In this document: positions 11,101 to 21,701 of the stretch, one piece after another
Layout: each line of letters opens with the position of its first letter
Position numbering within the stretch: the first letter of the stretch is position 1
From: Azolla caroliniana
Lineage: Eukaryota > Plantae > Polypodiophyta
DNA length: 64,000 nucleotides
Assembly (NCBI GenBank): GCA_043228905.1
Contig: JBHGNT010000003.1
Location: 7,440,001 to 7,504,000, forward strand
Reading direction: 5' to 3'
Notes under the pieces: model-generated
What the model was told of the DNA's origin: nothing
Database searches by the model: none
The model's input: only the letters and a program-made list of their open reading frames with translations
Program-made: the position numbers and the translations under genes

Positions 11101-12203
11101 CTCCCCGGCAATGGTACCGGAAGTTCGACTCCTTCATGACCGACGAAGGGTACCTCAAAACGCAGTCCGACCACTGCGTGTTTGTGAAGAAATTCGAAGG
11201 AGGAGACTTTCTAATACTCCTCCTGTACGTGGACGACATGTTGATCGTCGGACGGAACCAGGTCAAGATACGGATGCTGAAGAAGGCTCTTCACCGAACC
11301 TTCTCAATGAAGGACCTGGGTCCGGCGAGGCAAATACTAGGGATGCACATCATCCGGGACCGGAAGAAGAAGCAGTTGTGGCTGTCACAGGAGAAGTACG
11401 TGACGAAGGTGCTTCACCGGTTCAACATGTCGGAAGCAAGACCGGTCGGATCGACCCTCCCGGCAAACTGCAAGCTGTCCAACAAGCAAAGTCCCAAGAC
11501 AAAGGCTGAAAAGGAGGATATGATGAAAGTGCCGTATGCCTCAGCCGTCGGGAGCTTGATGTACGCCATGGTGTGTACGAGACCGGACATAGGATATGCA
11601 GTCGGAGTGGTGAGCCGGTACATGAGCAATCCCGGCAAAGAGCATTGGAACGCGGCCAAGTGGATACTCCGATACCTGAAGGGCACGGCAAACGTATGCC
11701 TCCGATTCGGCTCCGGTAAACCCGAACTCGACGGTTTCATCGATTCGGATATGTCAGCTGATGCAGATACCAGCCGGTCCACATCAGGGTATGTGATGAC
11801 GTATGCAGGGGGAGCTGTTTCATGGCAGTCGAGGCTGCAGAAGACGGTTGCGTTGTCAACCACTGAGGCGGAGTACATGGCGGCTGTTGAAGCCGGCAAG
11901 GAAATAATATGGATGAAGGACTTCATTAGAGAGCTCGGTATCCAACAGGAGGAGTACCGACTCTACTGCGACAGTCAGAGTGCAATCCACCTTGCGAAGA
12001 ACGCGGCCTATCACTCCCGGACGAAGCACATCCAGCGAAGATACCACTGGATCCGGGAAAGGATAGAAGACAAGGAGTTCGTGCTGACAAAGGTCCACAC
12101 GGACGAGAACGGGTCGGATATGCTGACCAAGGTGCTCACACCCGACAAGCTGGAAGCATGCCGGAAGAGGATCGGATTGGAGAGACATCCCATGCCGAAG
12201 TGA
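8130..12203 (+). CDS. gag-pol: Copia Gag-Pol polyprotein (Gag, CCHC, PR, INT, RT, RNase H), 1357 aa
   Basis: CFHCGKPGHFRKNC; VVDSGASFH; WHKRLCH; HTDVC...ADNGGEY...NGLAERMNRT; YKARIVVKG; LLYVDDM; TEAEY; CDSQSA; SDMLTK. Domain order is copia-type. Confidence 0.98.
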   Translation: MEGGGSGQPGMMVLNAQNYADWKIKMEDLLIVRDLYEPIDRSEIPKGVLESEWKLLNRKAVATIRQYVDVSVLQHVANDTNAYEMWKKLSGLYERKNALNRTSLMRKIVNLKYRDGESMVEHVSTFMGFVNQLAAIKFPLEDAMQAIILMCTLPDSWENLVVTLSTSCTEDNLSLQTVKTSILIEEARRRDKEPVSDSKALLTESDRGRQWNRSPQRREKSGTRSQSRGRPTCFHCGKPGHFRKNCRHYRKDNGADDTDSKKSPERNGAYRGATDRRGSDRRGQDRKGTTALAASEEEIMLITEEGELNIAGDETTWVVDSGASFHLTPERRYFSSYTAGEHGCVRMGNEGTCRIAGIGDVWLTTPTGCKMLLKDVRHVPEVRLNLISAGRLDDEGYTGSIRNGVMKFSKGSLIVARARKDNTLYLMNARLCPEELNVAADTAGELWHKRLCHMSEKGMKRLAEDNLIPVKHVHLEKCTDCLAGKQNRTSFHSRPPTRRSAPLELVHTDVCQVETKSHGGAQYFVTFVDDHSRKLWTAPLKTKDQVLSVFKELHARVERESGKKLKAIRADNGGEYRGQFQEYCRSKGIRLEFTVPKTPELNGLAERMNRTIMERVRSMLTHAKLPKGFWAEAMSTATYVINRSPSVPLDGDTPQKVWTGKEVSYRHLKVFGCLAYVHVAKDRRGKLDPKTRPCIFLGYGDDEFGYPVWDPVDKKIFRSRDIIFMEDKTLADWESEKKMKSFKSTGEDQLYEEQSRPARDRLALEDPAEDGEETEPAEEDENDTGTGPDPEMDSDEEESEEPVTEAPERRYPLRERRAPRRFPEPEHVLLTDEGEPESFEEAKHDTQSRRWLSAMQDEMDSLHENHTYELVELPKGKRALRNKWVFKLKPGDAGNPPRYKARIVVKGFQQKKGVDFDEIFAPVVKMTSIRTVLSIAASMDLEVEQMDVKTAFLHGDLEEEIYMQQPEGFEMKGKEHLVCRLKKSLYGLKQAPRQWYRKFDSFMTDEGYLKTQSDHCVFVKKFEGGDFLILLLYVDDMLIVGRNQVKIRMLKKALHRTFSMKDLGPARQILGMHIIRDRKKKQLWLSQEKYVTKVLHRFNMSEARPVGSTLPANCKLSNKQSPKTKAEKEDMMKVPYASAVGSLMYAMVCTRPDIGYAVGVVSRYMSNPGKEHWNAAKWILRYLKGTANVCLRFGSGKPELDGFIDSDMSADADTSRSTSGYVMTYAGGAVSWQSRLQKTVALSTTEAEYMAAVEAGKEIIWMKDFIRELGIQQEEYRLYCDSQSAIHLAKNAAYHSRTKHIQRRYHWIRERIEDKEFVLTKVHTDENGSDMLTKVLTPDKLEACRKRIGLERHPMPK

Positions 12204-12213
12204 AGGGGGAGTT

Positions 12214-12869
12214 TGTTGGGATTTCGGTCCCTCCGGATGGGATGTCCCCGGAGATAAATGACGGCAAGCCCGGTTGCGGTTACGGAACCGGATGATGAAG
12301 AGTACCCGGCATGAAGCCGGATGAAGAGTACCCGGATACGGATCCGGATGATGAAGACCCCGGCTACGGAGCTGGATGCTGAAGACCCCGGCTACGGAGC
12401 CGGATGACGAATGTACCCGGAGAGAGATCCGGATGCAGGGACATATTTGTGAATATGTTTGCTAAGAGCCATTGAGGCTATATTTGTAAATAGCCCGAAA
12501 GTTATATGTGTATAAATATGACTTAGGGCAAACAGTTTATGTTGTTGCTCATTTTTCATGCGAAGTGAGAGCAGCCGAGAGAGAAAGAGAGAGAGAGACG
12601 AAGAGGTCGTTGCCTCTGTGTATTACCGCCGCCTGTGGCGAAGACAGTGAACTCAAGGTTGTTGCCTTGTAGCTTCACCATTGTACATCTCTGTTCATAG
12701 TGATAGTTGGAGTTTGCGGACTCCCGTGGTTTTTCCCATTTAGGGTTTTCCACGTTAATTCCTGTGTAATCGTGTCTTTCTCTGTGTTTCCTATTTTCTG
12801 CTCTTTTGATTCGCAATTACTCGGTTGTGGCCGGAAGAAGAAGGTGAATAGAAGCGTCTATTCGCAACA
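12214..12869 (+). repeat. 3' LTR of the intact copia, preceded by PPT GAAGGGGGAG (12202-12211)
   Basis: Direct repeat of the 5' LTR. Confidence 0.95.
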
Positions 12870-13607
12870 ACTGGATACGTGACCGGACAATGATCCGACA
12901 AAGATATCTGGACAACCTTCTTGCTCTCACCTTCACGGCTCCTTGGTCCGAGACCCCGGTGGTTCCGACCCGTTTCAACACATCCTCGTGGAAAACCGCG
13001 ACATATTTGATGAACTGGCAAAGGAGTTCAAAAATGCGGAGAAGTGAACTGGCAGAGGCAATGGTGGTGGCCATCGACCGCCTGGTGAACGCCCATGAGG
13101 GCAGAGCACCCTCGATAGAGTCATTGAGGGGTAAAAGCATGCGAGTGGAAACACTATTATAGCTAATTAGCTACTAAAATGGCCATAGCTAATTAGCTAT
13201 TTGTTTAGCTAGTCTTTCTTGTGGGAAAATCAAATATTTGAAAAACTAATTTATGAAAAAACTCAAATATTTGAACTTCTGTTTCAGACGTAGTGGAACT
13301 TGGGGAATATCACCATCATCTAAGGTCGACTTCAATGTCATCAATTTCCTGTTTAGCCTAAGTCTGATTTTGAACGCAGATGGAGTACTCAGAGCACAAA
13401 CGCAGACGTAGCTCCCGCAACAGCAAAAAATCGACATTGCAGATTGAGAGCTACAACACAGAACCCGCTCGATCATCGTCCAGGTATGTTTCAGTTACAG
13501 AAACCCCAAACATTTGTTTTTTCTTTTTGACTACTGTCTGAACTTTGGTGCCGATTCATATTTCCCCAAAATCGAATAGGGCGAAGTCCTTGGAGTCCCA
13601 TACAAGG

Positions 13608-16600
13608 ATGTCTCGCAAATCGGGGAGTAGCAACAGGTGTGTTTATATTACTTTTTTTGTGTTTAATCCTGTCTTTAGTGATTAGGGTTTGTGATTGAAA
13701 TTTCTGATTAGGGTTTGTGATTGAAATTTCTGATTAGGGTTTTTGATTATAAATTTCTGATTAGAATTTCTGAATAGGGTTTCTGGTTACAAATTTTGAT
13801 TACAAATTAGAATTTCTGAATAGGGTTTTTGTTTATAAATTTCTGCTTAGGATTTCTGATTAGGGTTTGTGATTGAAATTTTTTATTAGGGTTTCTGATT
13901 GAAATTTCTTATTAGGGTTTTTGATTATAAATTTCTGATTAGAATTTCTGAATAAGGTTTCTGGTTACAAACTTCTGATTACAGATTTTGATTAGGGTTT
14001 CTGATTTCAAACTTCTGATTAAAGATTTTGATTAGGTTAAGTTAAAGATTTTGCACCATTTTTGTTGTTGTTGATTGGGGTTTTTGATTCTCACATATTC
14101 TGATTTTGCACTATTTCTGATTTCTGAAATGATATTTCAGATGGCTCATTCCTCCGTATACGAGAGTGCTAAACTTCGCAAAATTTTGCGAGACAAAGGA
14201 GGACTTCCACAACACCTATGGTCTGTCACTCGAGGGTGTTGACCCTGCTGTCCTAAGTGATAAATTGATCAGTGATATAGACTGGATGACAGTATATACA
14301 GTGCCTAGAGTCAAAGGCAAGGTCAAGCTGAAGCATGTACGAGCCGACTTGTACGATGACTGCATGAGACTGCACCAGAAAGTTCATCAGGAGATCCCAG
14401 TCAACAATGAGTTGTCAGTTTCATTTGCTAGAGCATTTGCATATGAGTACTGCAAAACAGCGAAGGAATCTAGAGACCCTGAAATGTATAGGGTAGCTTG
14501 GGCAGTCTATGGTGAGGCATCGGTAAAAAGATGTCGAAAGATGGGGACCTTGGCACAAAAAATAGACAGATTTTGGAGCATGGCAGTTGTTGATGCAACT
14601 GCCGACTCCCAGCAAGACCGGGGGCATACACCACACCGACACCCAAGGAAAGCCAATGTCGATGATACAGGTGAGACATTGGTTAGCTATATGCTAAAAA
14701 ATGTCCATGAAGCTTGTGAGACATTGGCATTTTTTAAGATTGATTTAGAGAAAGCCACAATGGCTTCTGCAATGGAGAGCAAAGTTACTTCTGCTGTTAC
14801 AACAATTAGAAATAAGATTCAGGTAACTATTGTTTTGCTGGTATGTGATTGTGTTATAAATAACGGGTAAAATGTGCTAATCAAGCATTATCTGGAATAG
14901 GTTGCGCAACAGGAGCTTGAATTAGAGGGGCCACTGGATCCCCAGCGTAAAATAGAACTGCAAATAGAGATCCAGGTTCTTTCAATGAACCTGGACCTTC
15001 TAGGTGTAAATACTGTTGCAGATTACAATTTGGATAAGCTTCAAGTAAGTTAACGATTCCTGAGCAAAGTTGGTGTATCTTTCAACAACAAGAATAATTA
15101 ATCGGTAAATTTCTCTGTTGCGTTGAAGGAACAATACATTCATCAAGAACAGGTAGTTAGCTGCCTTAAGAAGAAGCTACATTTTGTGGAGGGAATGGTA
15201 AGGACCAGACAGGATTTGGACCTGAACATTCTTGCTCCCTTACCAAATGAAGTAGAACCAGAAAATGATTTATTGACAGTTCAAGCACGTTGCATCGCTT
15301 GCGGGTTAGGTGTGGAGGACAAAACTGCGTCTTTGTTGGTTCACCTACAACCATGCAACCACACATACCATCTGCTTTGTTTTCAACATGCCTGTCGAAT
15401 TGCTGCATTCTGTTTGGGAGATTGCAGTACAACTCTACCAAATGAGTGGAGAAAACAAACAGGTATACCATACTGTAGCTAATAAGCTTAGTCTTTTCTA
15501 ATTAGCTATCCTACTAGCTAATTAGCTACTGGCAGCTAATGAGCTACTAGCTAATTAGCTATCCTAGTAGCTAATTAGCTATGGTACTAGCTAATTAGCT
15601 AGTACCATAGTTGTGTAAAAAAGCTAAATAGCTATCCTACTAGCTAATTAGCCACTGGCAACTAATTAGCTATCCTAGTAACTAATTAGCTACTGCCATA
15701 GTTGTGTAAAGTAGCTAATAAGCTATCCTAGTAGCTAGTTAGCTATGGTACTAGCTACTTAGCTAGTACCATAGTTGTGTAAAAAAGCTACTTAGCTATC
15801 CTACTAGCTAATTAGCTACTGGCAACTAATTAGCTATCCTACTAGCTAATTAGCTATCCTACTAGCTAATTAGCTATCATAGTAGCTAATTAGCTACTGA
15901 CATAGTTGTGTAAAGTAGCTAATAAGCTATCCTAGTAGCTAATTAGCTACTGGCAGTTAATTAGCTGTCCTAGTAGCTAATAAGCTATCCTAGCTACAAC
16001 ATAGTTGAGAAAGTAGCTAATTAGCTTTCATTGTAGCTAATTAGCTATCCTAGCTACCACCATAGTTAATAAAGTAGCTAATTAGCTATCCTAGCTACTA
16101 CCATAGTTAGTAAAGTAGCTAATTAGCTATCCTAGCTACTACCATAGTTGAGTAAAGTAGCTAATTAGCTACCATAGTAGCTAATTAGCTATCCTAGCTA
16201 CTACTATAGTTGTGTAAAGTAGCTAATAAGCTATCCTACTAGCTAATTAGCTATCCTAGTAGGTAATTAGCTATGGTACTAGCTAATTAGCTAGTACTAT
16301 AGTTGTGTAAAAAAGCTAATTAGGTATCCTACTAGCTAATTAGCCACTGGCAACTAATTAGCTATCCTAGTAACTAATTAGCTACTGCCATAGTTGTGTA
16401 AAGTAGCTAATAAGCTATCCTAGTAGCTAATTAGCTACTAGCAGCTAATTAGCTATCCTACTAGCTAATTAGCTACTACCATAGTTGAGTAAAGTAGCTA
16501 ATTAGCTATCCTACTAGCTAATTAGCTACTACCATAGTTGAGTAAAGTACCTAATTAGCTATCCTACTAGCTAATTAGCTACTGGCAACTAATTAGCTAT

Positions 16601-17584
16601 CCTAGTAGCTAATTAGCTATCCTAGTAGCTAATTAGCTATCCTAGTAGCTAATTAGCTGTTGGCAACTAATTAGCTATCCTACTAGCGAATTAGCTATCC
16701 TAGCGAATTAGCTATCCTAGTAGCTACTGCCATAGTTGTGTAAAGTAGCTAATAAGCTATCCTAGTAGCTAATTAGCTACTGGCAGCTAATTAGCTATCC
16801 TAGTAGCTAATTAGCTACTGGCAGCTAATTAGCTGTCCTAGTAGCTAATAAGCTATCCTAACTACTACCATAGTTGAGTAAAGTACCTAATTAGCTATCC
16901 TAACTACTACCATAGTTGAGTAAAGTACCTAATTAGCTATCATACTAGCTAATTAGCTATCGTACTAGCTAATTAGCTATCCTAGCTTCTACCATAGTTT
17001 AGTAAAGTAGCTAATTAGCTATCCTAAATAACTGTCATGTTATTGTAGAATCTTGTGGATTAAGGACGGCACATGATGTGTCTGGTGCTGATGATGCTGC
17101 AACAGATGAGGATACTACTGCCAATGTGGCTGAAAGTAAGAGTCCTGCTATCACATCTCCTTCAGATCAGTTGCACCCTATTCTTTTGGAACAGTGTACT
17201 GAATTAGGCAACGATGTGAAATGCCATGAAATAGTGGAAACAACATGTAAAACTGAGGTTCACAACAACAGTGTTTATGAACACTTGATGCAACATTTCT
17301 TCGAGTCTCAAGACCTTGATTCCACCCCACCGAGCCCAACTACTGAAAATGTCCAAACAGATCCCTCTGTACTTGAAAAGCTAGTTCAAGAAACGGCTGA
17401 TGTGCAATTAGCTGCTGAGGCGATGGGAAGGTTGTCGGAGGAGGACACACTTGCGCATTGGGTCCTAGAAGCAAGGCTAAATGGGGAACCAACCAGAAAA
17501 AGGCTAAAGAAGGGGCCACGATCGGGAACAAGACCAGTTACTCGGTCAAGGGGCCCAGACGTAGTGGAGCGAAATACTGTTTAG
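13608..17584 (+). CDS. Spliced gene of about 548 aa: unknown N-terminal domain, coiled coil, RING-H2-like finger, acidic tail
   Basis: Phase-compatible GT-AG exons 13608-13636, 14141-14670, 14749-14822, 14901-15044, 15129-15462, 17049-17584 (intron 14671-14748 is in frame and optional). RING pattern CIAC...PCNHTYHLLC...C-x3-C. No internal stops in the model. Confidence 0.75.
13678..14125 (+). repeat. Degenerate tandem array rich in ATTAGGGTTT (telobox-like), intronic
   Basis: Repeated units such as GATTAGGGTTTGTGATTGAAATTTCT within intron 13637-14140. Confidence 0.85.
15472..17030. repeat. About 1.55-kb satellite built on the 14-bp palindrome TAGCTAATTAGCTA, intronic
   Basis: Dozens of copies with short linkers (TCCTAG/TCCTAC, CTGGCA, CCATAGTTGTGTAAAG), filling intron 15463-17048. 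Confidence 0.95.
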
Positions 17585-17590
17585 TTGGAT

Positions 17591-20500
17591 ATGATTGTTA
17601 GCACGATTGGTTGGTTCAATGGCAAGGATGTAATGAGCTACCTGGAGGCCTACCTGGCCGAAATGATGATGAGGGATATTCTAGAGGACAGATGGTTGGC
17701 CGGATTCCCTCGAGTCGTTATGCCGAGCGTCCACACCGAGGTGCTCGAGGTGCAAGCAGACTGTCGTAACTGGGCAGAATTCGAGGGGCGGCTCCTCAGA
17801 ACGTACAGCTTCGATCACTCGCTCCAGTTGACAAAGAAGGAATTTATGGAGTGGGTTTAGAACCCTGACAAAGGCTGGAATACGTCAGCGCTTCTTCTGG
17901 AGTTCGAGAAGCGGTTTGCGCGACTCTCAACACTAGACCATGCTCAATACAAGCAAGGTCTTAGGACTTATTGTTTGTGAAGTCAGTCGACTTGCTCGAT
18001 CACGAGAAGGTGGGTCTCCTCTTGGAGACGGATGAAGGGCTCGCAGATGATTGGGGCGTCGTTAAAATAGTTTGCGGCCGTTTCGACAAGCAGCATGATT
18101 GGAATGACGTGAGGCCGTCGGCGATAGGCTTGATGGCCGGGAAGAAGCTGGAGGAACCAATTCCGGTACCGTCATAGGAGATGAGATGATGGCTCGAATC
18201 GGGGCGGCCCCAACCAACGTGGTTGCAAGGCCATCTGGTGGCGCCACTCTAGAGGAGCTGACCAAGATGGTGTGCGATCTCCAGATCACGTAGGCCCGGA
18301 GAGATGGTGGGGGTCAGTCACGTGACCGGAGGCCTCAGAATGACCAACGATGCATGTGGTGTGATGTCGTTGGCCACATCCGGAGAGAGTGTACCGATTT
18401 CTCCGAAGCACTTGGGAACAATGTTGTGTACCTCTGGAACAGATAGGTACACGCGTGCGACTTGCGGAGGCCCCTCAAGGTGAACACCGGATGAGGCGTC
18501 ATGAAGAGGATAATGGAGGAAGTCGTTGCCCGGAACGCCGAGGCCATTCACTATTCAGTGTCGGTAGGCATCCGAGTAGGCGGAGAGAAGGGTGCGGCAT
18601 CTGGAAGCAATACTGGATTCTCATCATTCGTAGTGGAAGGCCTCTCGGGAGTGAGGCTAAGGAAGGAAGAAGCGGACCGCGTGGAGAAGCAGGTCCAAGA
18701 GGGCACAAGATGGAACGATCCAGTACAGGAGAAAACCGGATCCGTAGAAGCCGCGTGCCAAAACTACGAGGTTCTGGTAGAAGACAAACGAGGCGGAAAA
18801 TCCAAAGGGGCCAGAACTTCGAACCGATCTGAGACCTGAAGCGGTTCGAAGAGAAATGACAGAGGCTCAGCTGGCTCGCAGGAGAAGACAGAGTTGTTGG
18901 GCTTTGAGTTGAGCTTGGAGATAGAGAGGGCGACGGACCTACAGAAGGTCTTGGAAGAACAAATCCTCGACAATCGGGTGAAGCTCAACCTGAGGGAGGT
19001 GCTAGGGATAGCCAAGAGGGAATTCCACGATTCCATCGTGGACCTGGTAAAAATTAAGCGGATCTCGACAGATCCGAAGCTAGAGAGGCTGGTCAAAGTG
19101 AAGGCGGCCCACATCGAAGAAGTGGCAATGGAAGAGGAGTTTATGGACAGCCACTATATGAACCCGCACTGGGCCAAAGCGACAACGGAAACCCCGGTCC
19201 GGATCGGGGATGTCAAAGAACTGGTGGTGGCTTTGATCGACCATGGATCTGAAATAAACCTGATTTCCATGGATTTTTATAGGAAGGGTAAGTAGCCGAT
19301 TAATACCAAGAATGGCTGGAAGATTCGCGCGACAACTAGCGCCACGGAAGAGCTTCACGGGGCATGCCCGAATGTCCGGGTAATAGATGGCGATGTTGAA
19401 AGACCAACACTTCTTCATGCAGGAGACGTCTCGTCTTCCCATCCAATGATTCTCGGGGAACCTTACATTACGGTGGCACGGATGGAAACGAAGGTGTTTC
19501 ACAATGTTTCGGCCTACGTGAGGGTGAAGAGTCAGGACAGTAAGCACTCCATCTAGTTTTTTACGGTTCGGTTGAATCATGAACAAAACCAAGATTCTCT
19601 CGACGGCGAGGGCCGAGAGGATTTTTAGAGAGGACTATCAAGGCGTGGGGCCGCGATAGTCTGGAAAACCGGAAGAAACCCCACACATGTACAATAGGTA
19701 GGAGTTTTTGTCCCTCTAATAATGGAGGTTGTGCCATAACCGGCATTGGTGGTGTGGAAACGAAACAAGTCGAAGGACGCCTGAAGGCATGCGGCACCTT
19801 AGGCTCCGACGACAAGATCAGTGGAACCTTGGAGGTGTTCTCATTCGACGACACCCTCAGGGAGATCGAGAAGATAGTCGAAGAGGATCTTAGCAAAGAC
19901 CGGGTCATTCCGGTAAATTCCATTGAGATGTACGAAGTCATCACGGACTTCAAGAAGATAATCGGGTCGGATCGAACTACCGGAGTAGACACCAAGTACA
20001 AGAATGTGGACCGGAAGGTGAGGTCCGTCGCGGCTCCCTTGCCGGAGGACAACTGGGAAGGGATGAGAGGGGTCGCGACGAACCTAAGTTTATGAAATCC
20101 GGCCAGCATAGGACATTGATTCACCGACAAGTCGTTGTGGAAGCTCAAGATCGGTGGGGGTGGTTTCCTACTACTCGTGGAGGAGGACTGGTTTCAGAGG
20201 ATGCTCGATAGGTATGAGAAATACTTTGCATTCTCATCGAGGGAGAGTGGGTGTGTCGACCCGACGATTGTAGAGACAATGGTGATCATCACGGTACCAC
20301 ATGTACCATGGAATCTCAAGTTGATTCCAGTACCAAGAGCTCACATACCGAAGCTGATGGAGCTGCTCAAGCAGAAGGTCGAGATGGGCATCCTCGAACC
20401 ATCGAGTGCCCCTTATTTGAATCGGTGGTTTATGCTGCCGAATAAGAACGGCACACTACGCTTCATTCAAGACCTGCAACCGGTCAACAAAGTGACAATT

Positions 20501-21701
20501 CGGAATGCAAGGATCGGCCCGACAATTGACAAGTTTGTAGAGGCCTTCGTTGGAAGGTCGATCTCCTCGGTCGGGGATTTATACTCTGGGTATGACCAAT
20601 TCCAACTAGTCGTCGAGAGCAGGGATATGACGACGATGAACCCCTCTCGGCCTAGTTTGGATGTGTACCCTACCGCAAGGTGGGACAAATTCGGTGGCAC
20701 ACATGGTGAATGCAATGACTAAGGTACTCAGGGACTGCATCCTGGACATCACCATGCCGTTTTTGGATGACATCCCAATCAAGGGATGCCTGGAGGATGC
20801 GAAGGACGAGTTGACCATGACGGACGGATGCCGGAAGTTTGTCATGGGCCACATCTCCGATTGTGAGAAGATATTGTACAGGCTTGAGGGCGCTTGGCTT
20901 ACCTTCTCCGGGGAGAAGTCGAGTTTAGGACAATCAGAGATCCTGGTGGTTCGGCACCTATGCGAACCATACAGCCAAAAACCGTCTTCGAAAAAGATAG
21001 AGGCCATCTCTGCGATGAAGGAGGAGTGTAGGTCAGTCATAGAAGTTTGACGGTTCCTAGAAGCGTGCGCCGTCTACCACATTTGGATTCCACACTACGC
21101 ATACATCATCAAGCCACTCTACAAGTTGTTGAAGAAAGGCCGAAAATTCGAATGGAACATTGAGCACACAGAGGCAGTTCGGAGACTAAAGGAAAAGCTA
21201 TCAGTGGCACTGGCTCTCCGAAAAGCGGTGTACAAGGACACTTCAGTTTACGTGACGGTGGATATGAGTCCAACCAGAATCGGGTTGGTGGTTAATCAAG
21301 AAGACGAGGACAACGCACCATTCCCCATCTGGTTCAGTGCGAAGATGTTGAGCGAGCGGCAACGAGGATACGCCCAGGTAAAACGCGAACTCTAGGGTAT
21401 CGTTTTGTCGGTCAAGGCCAACAAAGACTACTTGATCGGGATGGAAGTGATAATCGAGATGGACTGCCTATCGATTCTCCGTATGGTTTCCGAATGCGCG
21501 ACTCCGAACTTGGCGATGCTCAGGTGGATCGCATACATAAAGTCCCTAAATCCGAAGATACGACACATCTCTGGAAAGGACAACACCATGGCCGATATGC
21601 TATCAAGAGCACAGTTCGAGAACGAGAATGGCATTGTATCGAAGGACGAAGAGGTTGGCATGAACTTCTTCGAGTCGGCTTGGATGTCGGTGAACAAATA
21701 G
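17591..21701 (+). pseudogene. Degenerate gag-PR-RT-RNase H of gypsy element A
   Basis: Zinc knuckle CMWCDVVGHIRREC; ALIDHGSEINL; RFIQDLQPVN; DLYSGYDQF; LPQGGTNS; PFLDDI; YAQVKREL; DNTMADMLSR. Many stops and frameshifts; no integrase follows. Confidence 0.9.

Larger units (their letters stand above)
7444..12869 (+). mobile_element. Intact full-length Ty1/copia LTR retrotransposon (Tnt1/Tork-like)
   Basis: 656-bp LTRs at 7444-8099 and 12214-12869 (TG...CA, identical by eye). TSD ACTGG at 7439-7443 and 12870-12874. PBS, PPT and a single uninterrupted ORF are present. Confidence 0.97.
13129..17590 (+). mobile_element. About 4.46-kb gene-bearing insertion of unknown class inside the gag of element A
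   Basis: The gag (compared with the copy at 375-853) reads ...CTCGATAGAGTCATTGAG | ATGATTGTTAGCACG... across the insert. No TIR or TSD found; boundaries are approximate to a few nt. Confidence 0.65.

Noticed and set aside
8088-12193. Many short antisense and alternate-frame ORFs over the copia pol
   Set aside because: Shadow ORFs expected from GC-rich coding sequence; no independent motifs.
13678-14125. True or interstitial telomere
   Set aside because: TTAGGG units are isolated within longer degenerate units, not contiguous telomeric arrays.
13152-17566. CACTA...TAGTG termini suggesting an En/Spm element
   Set aside because: The inverted match does not extend beyond 5 bp, the flanks (AAA versus GAG) are not a 3-bp TSD, and the true junctions with the gag lie about 23 nt further out on both sides.
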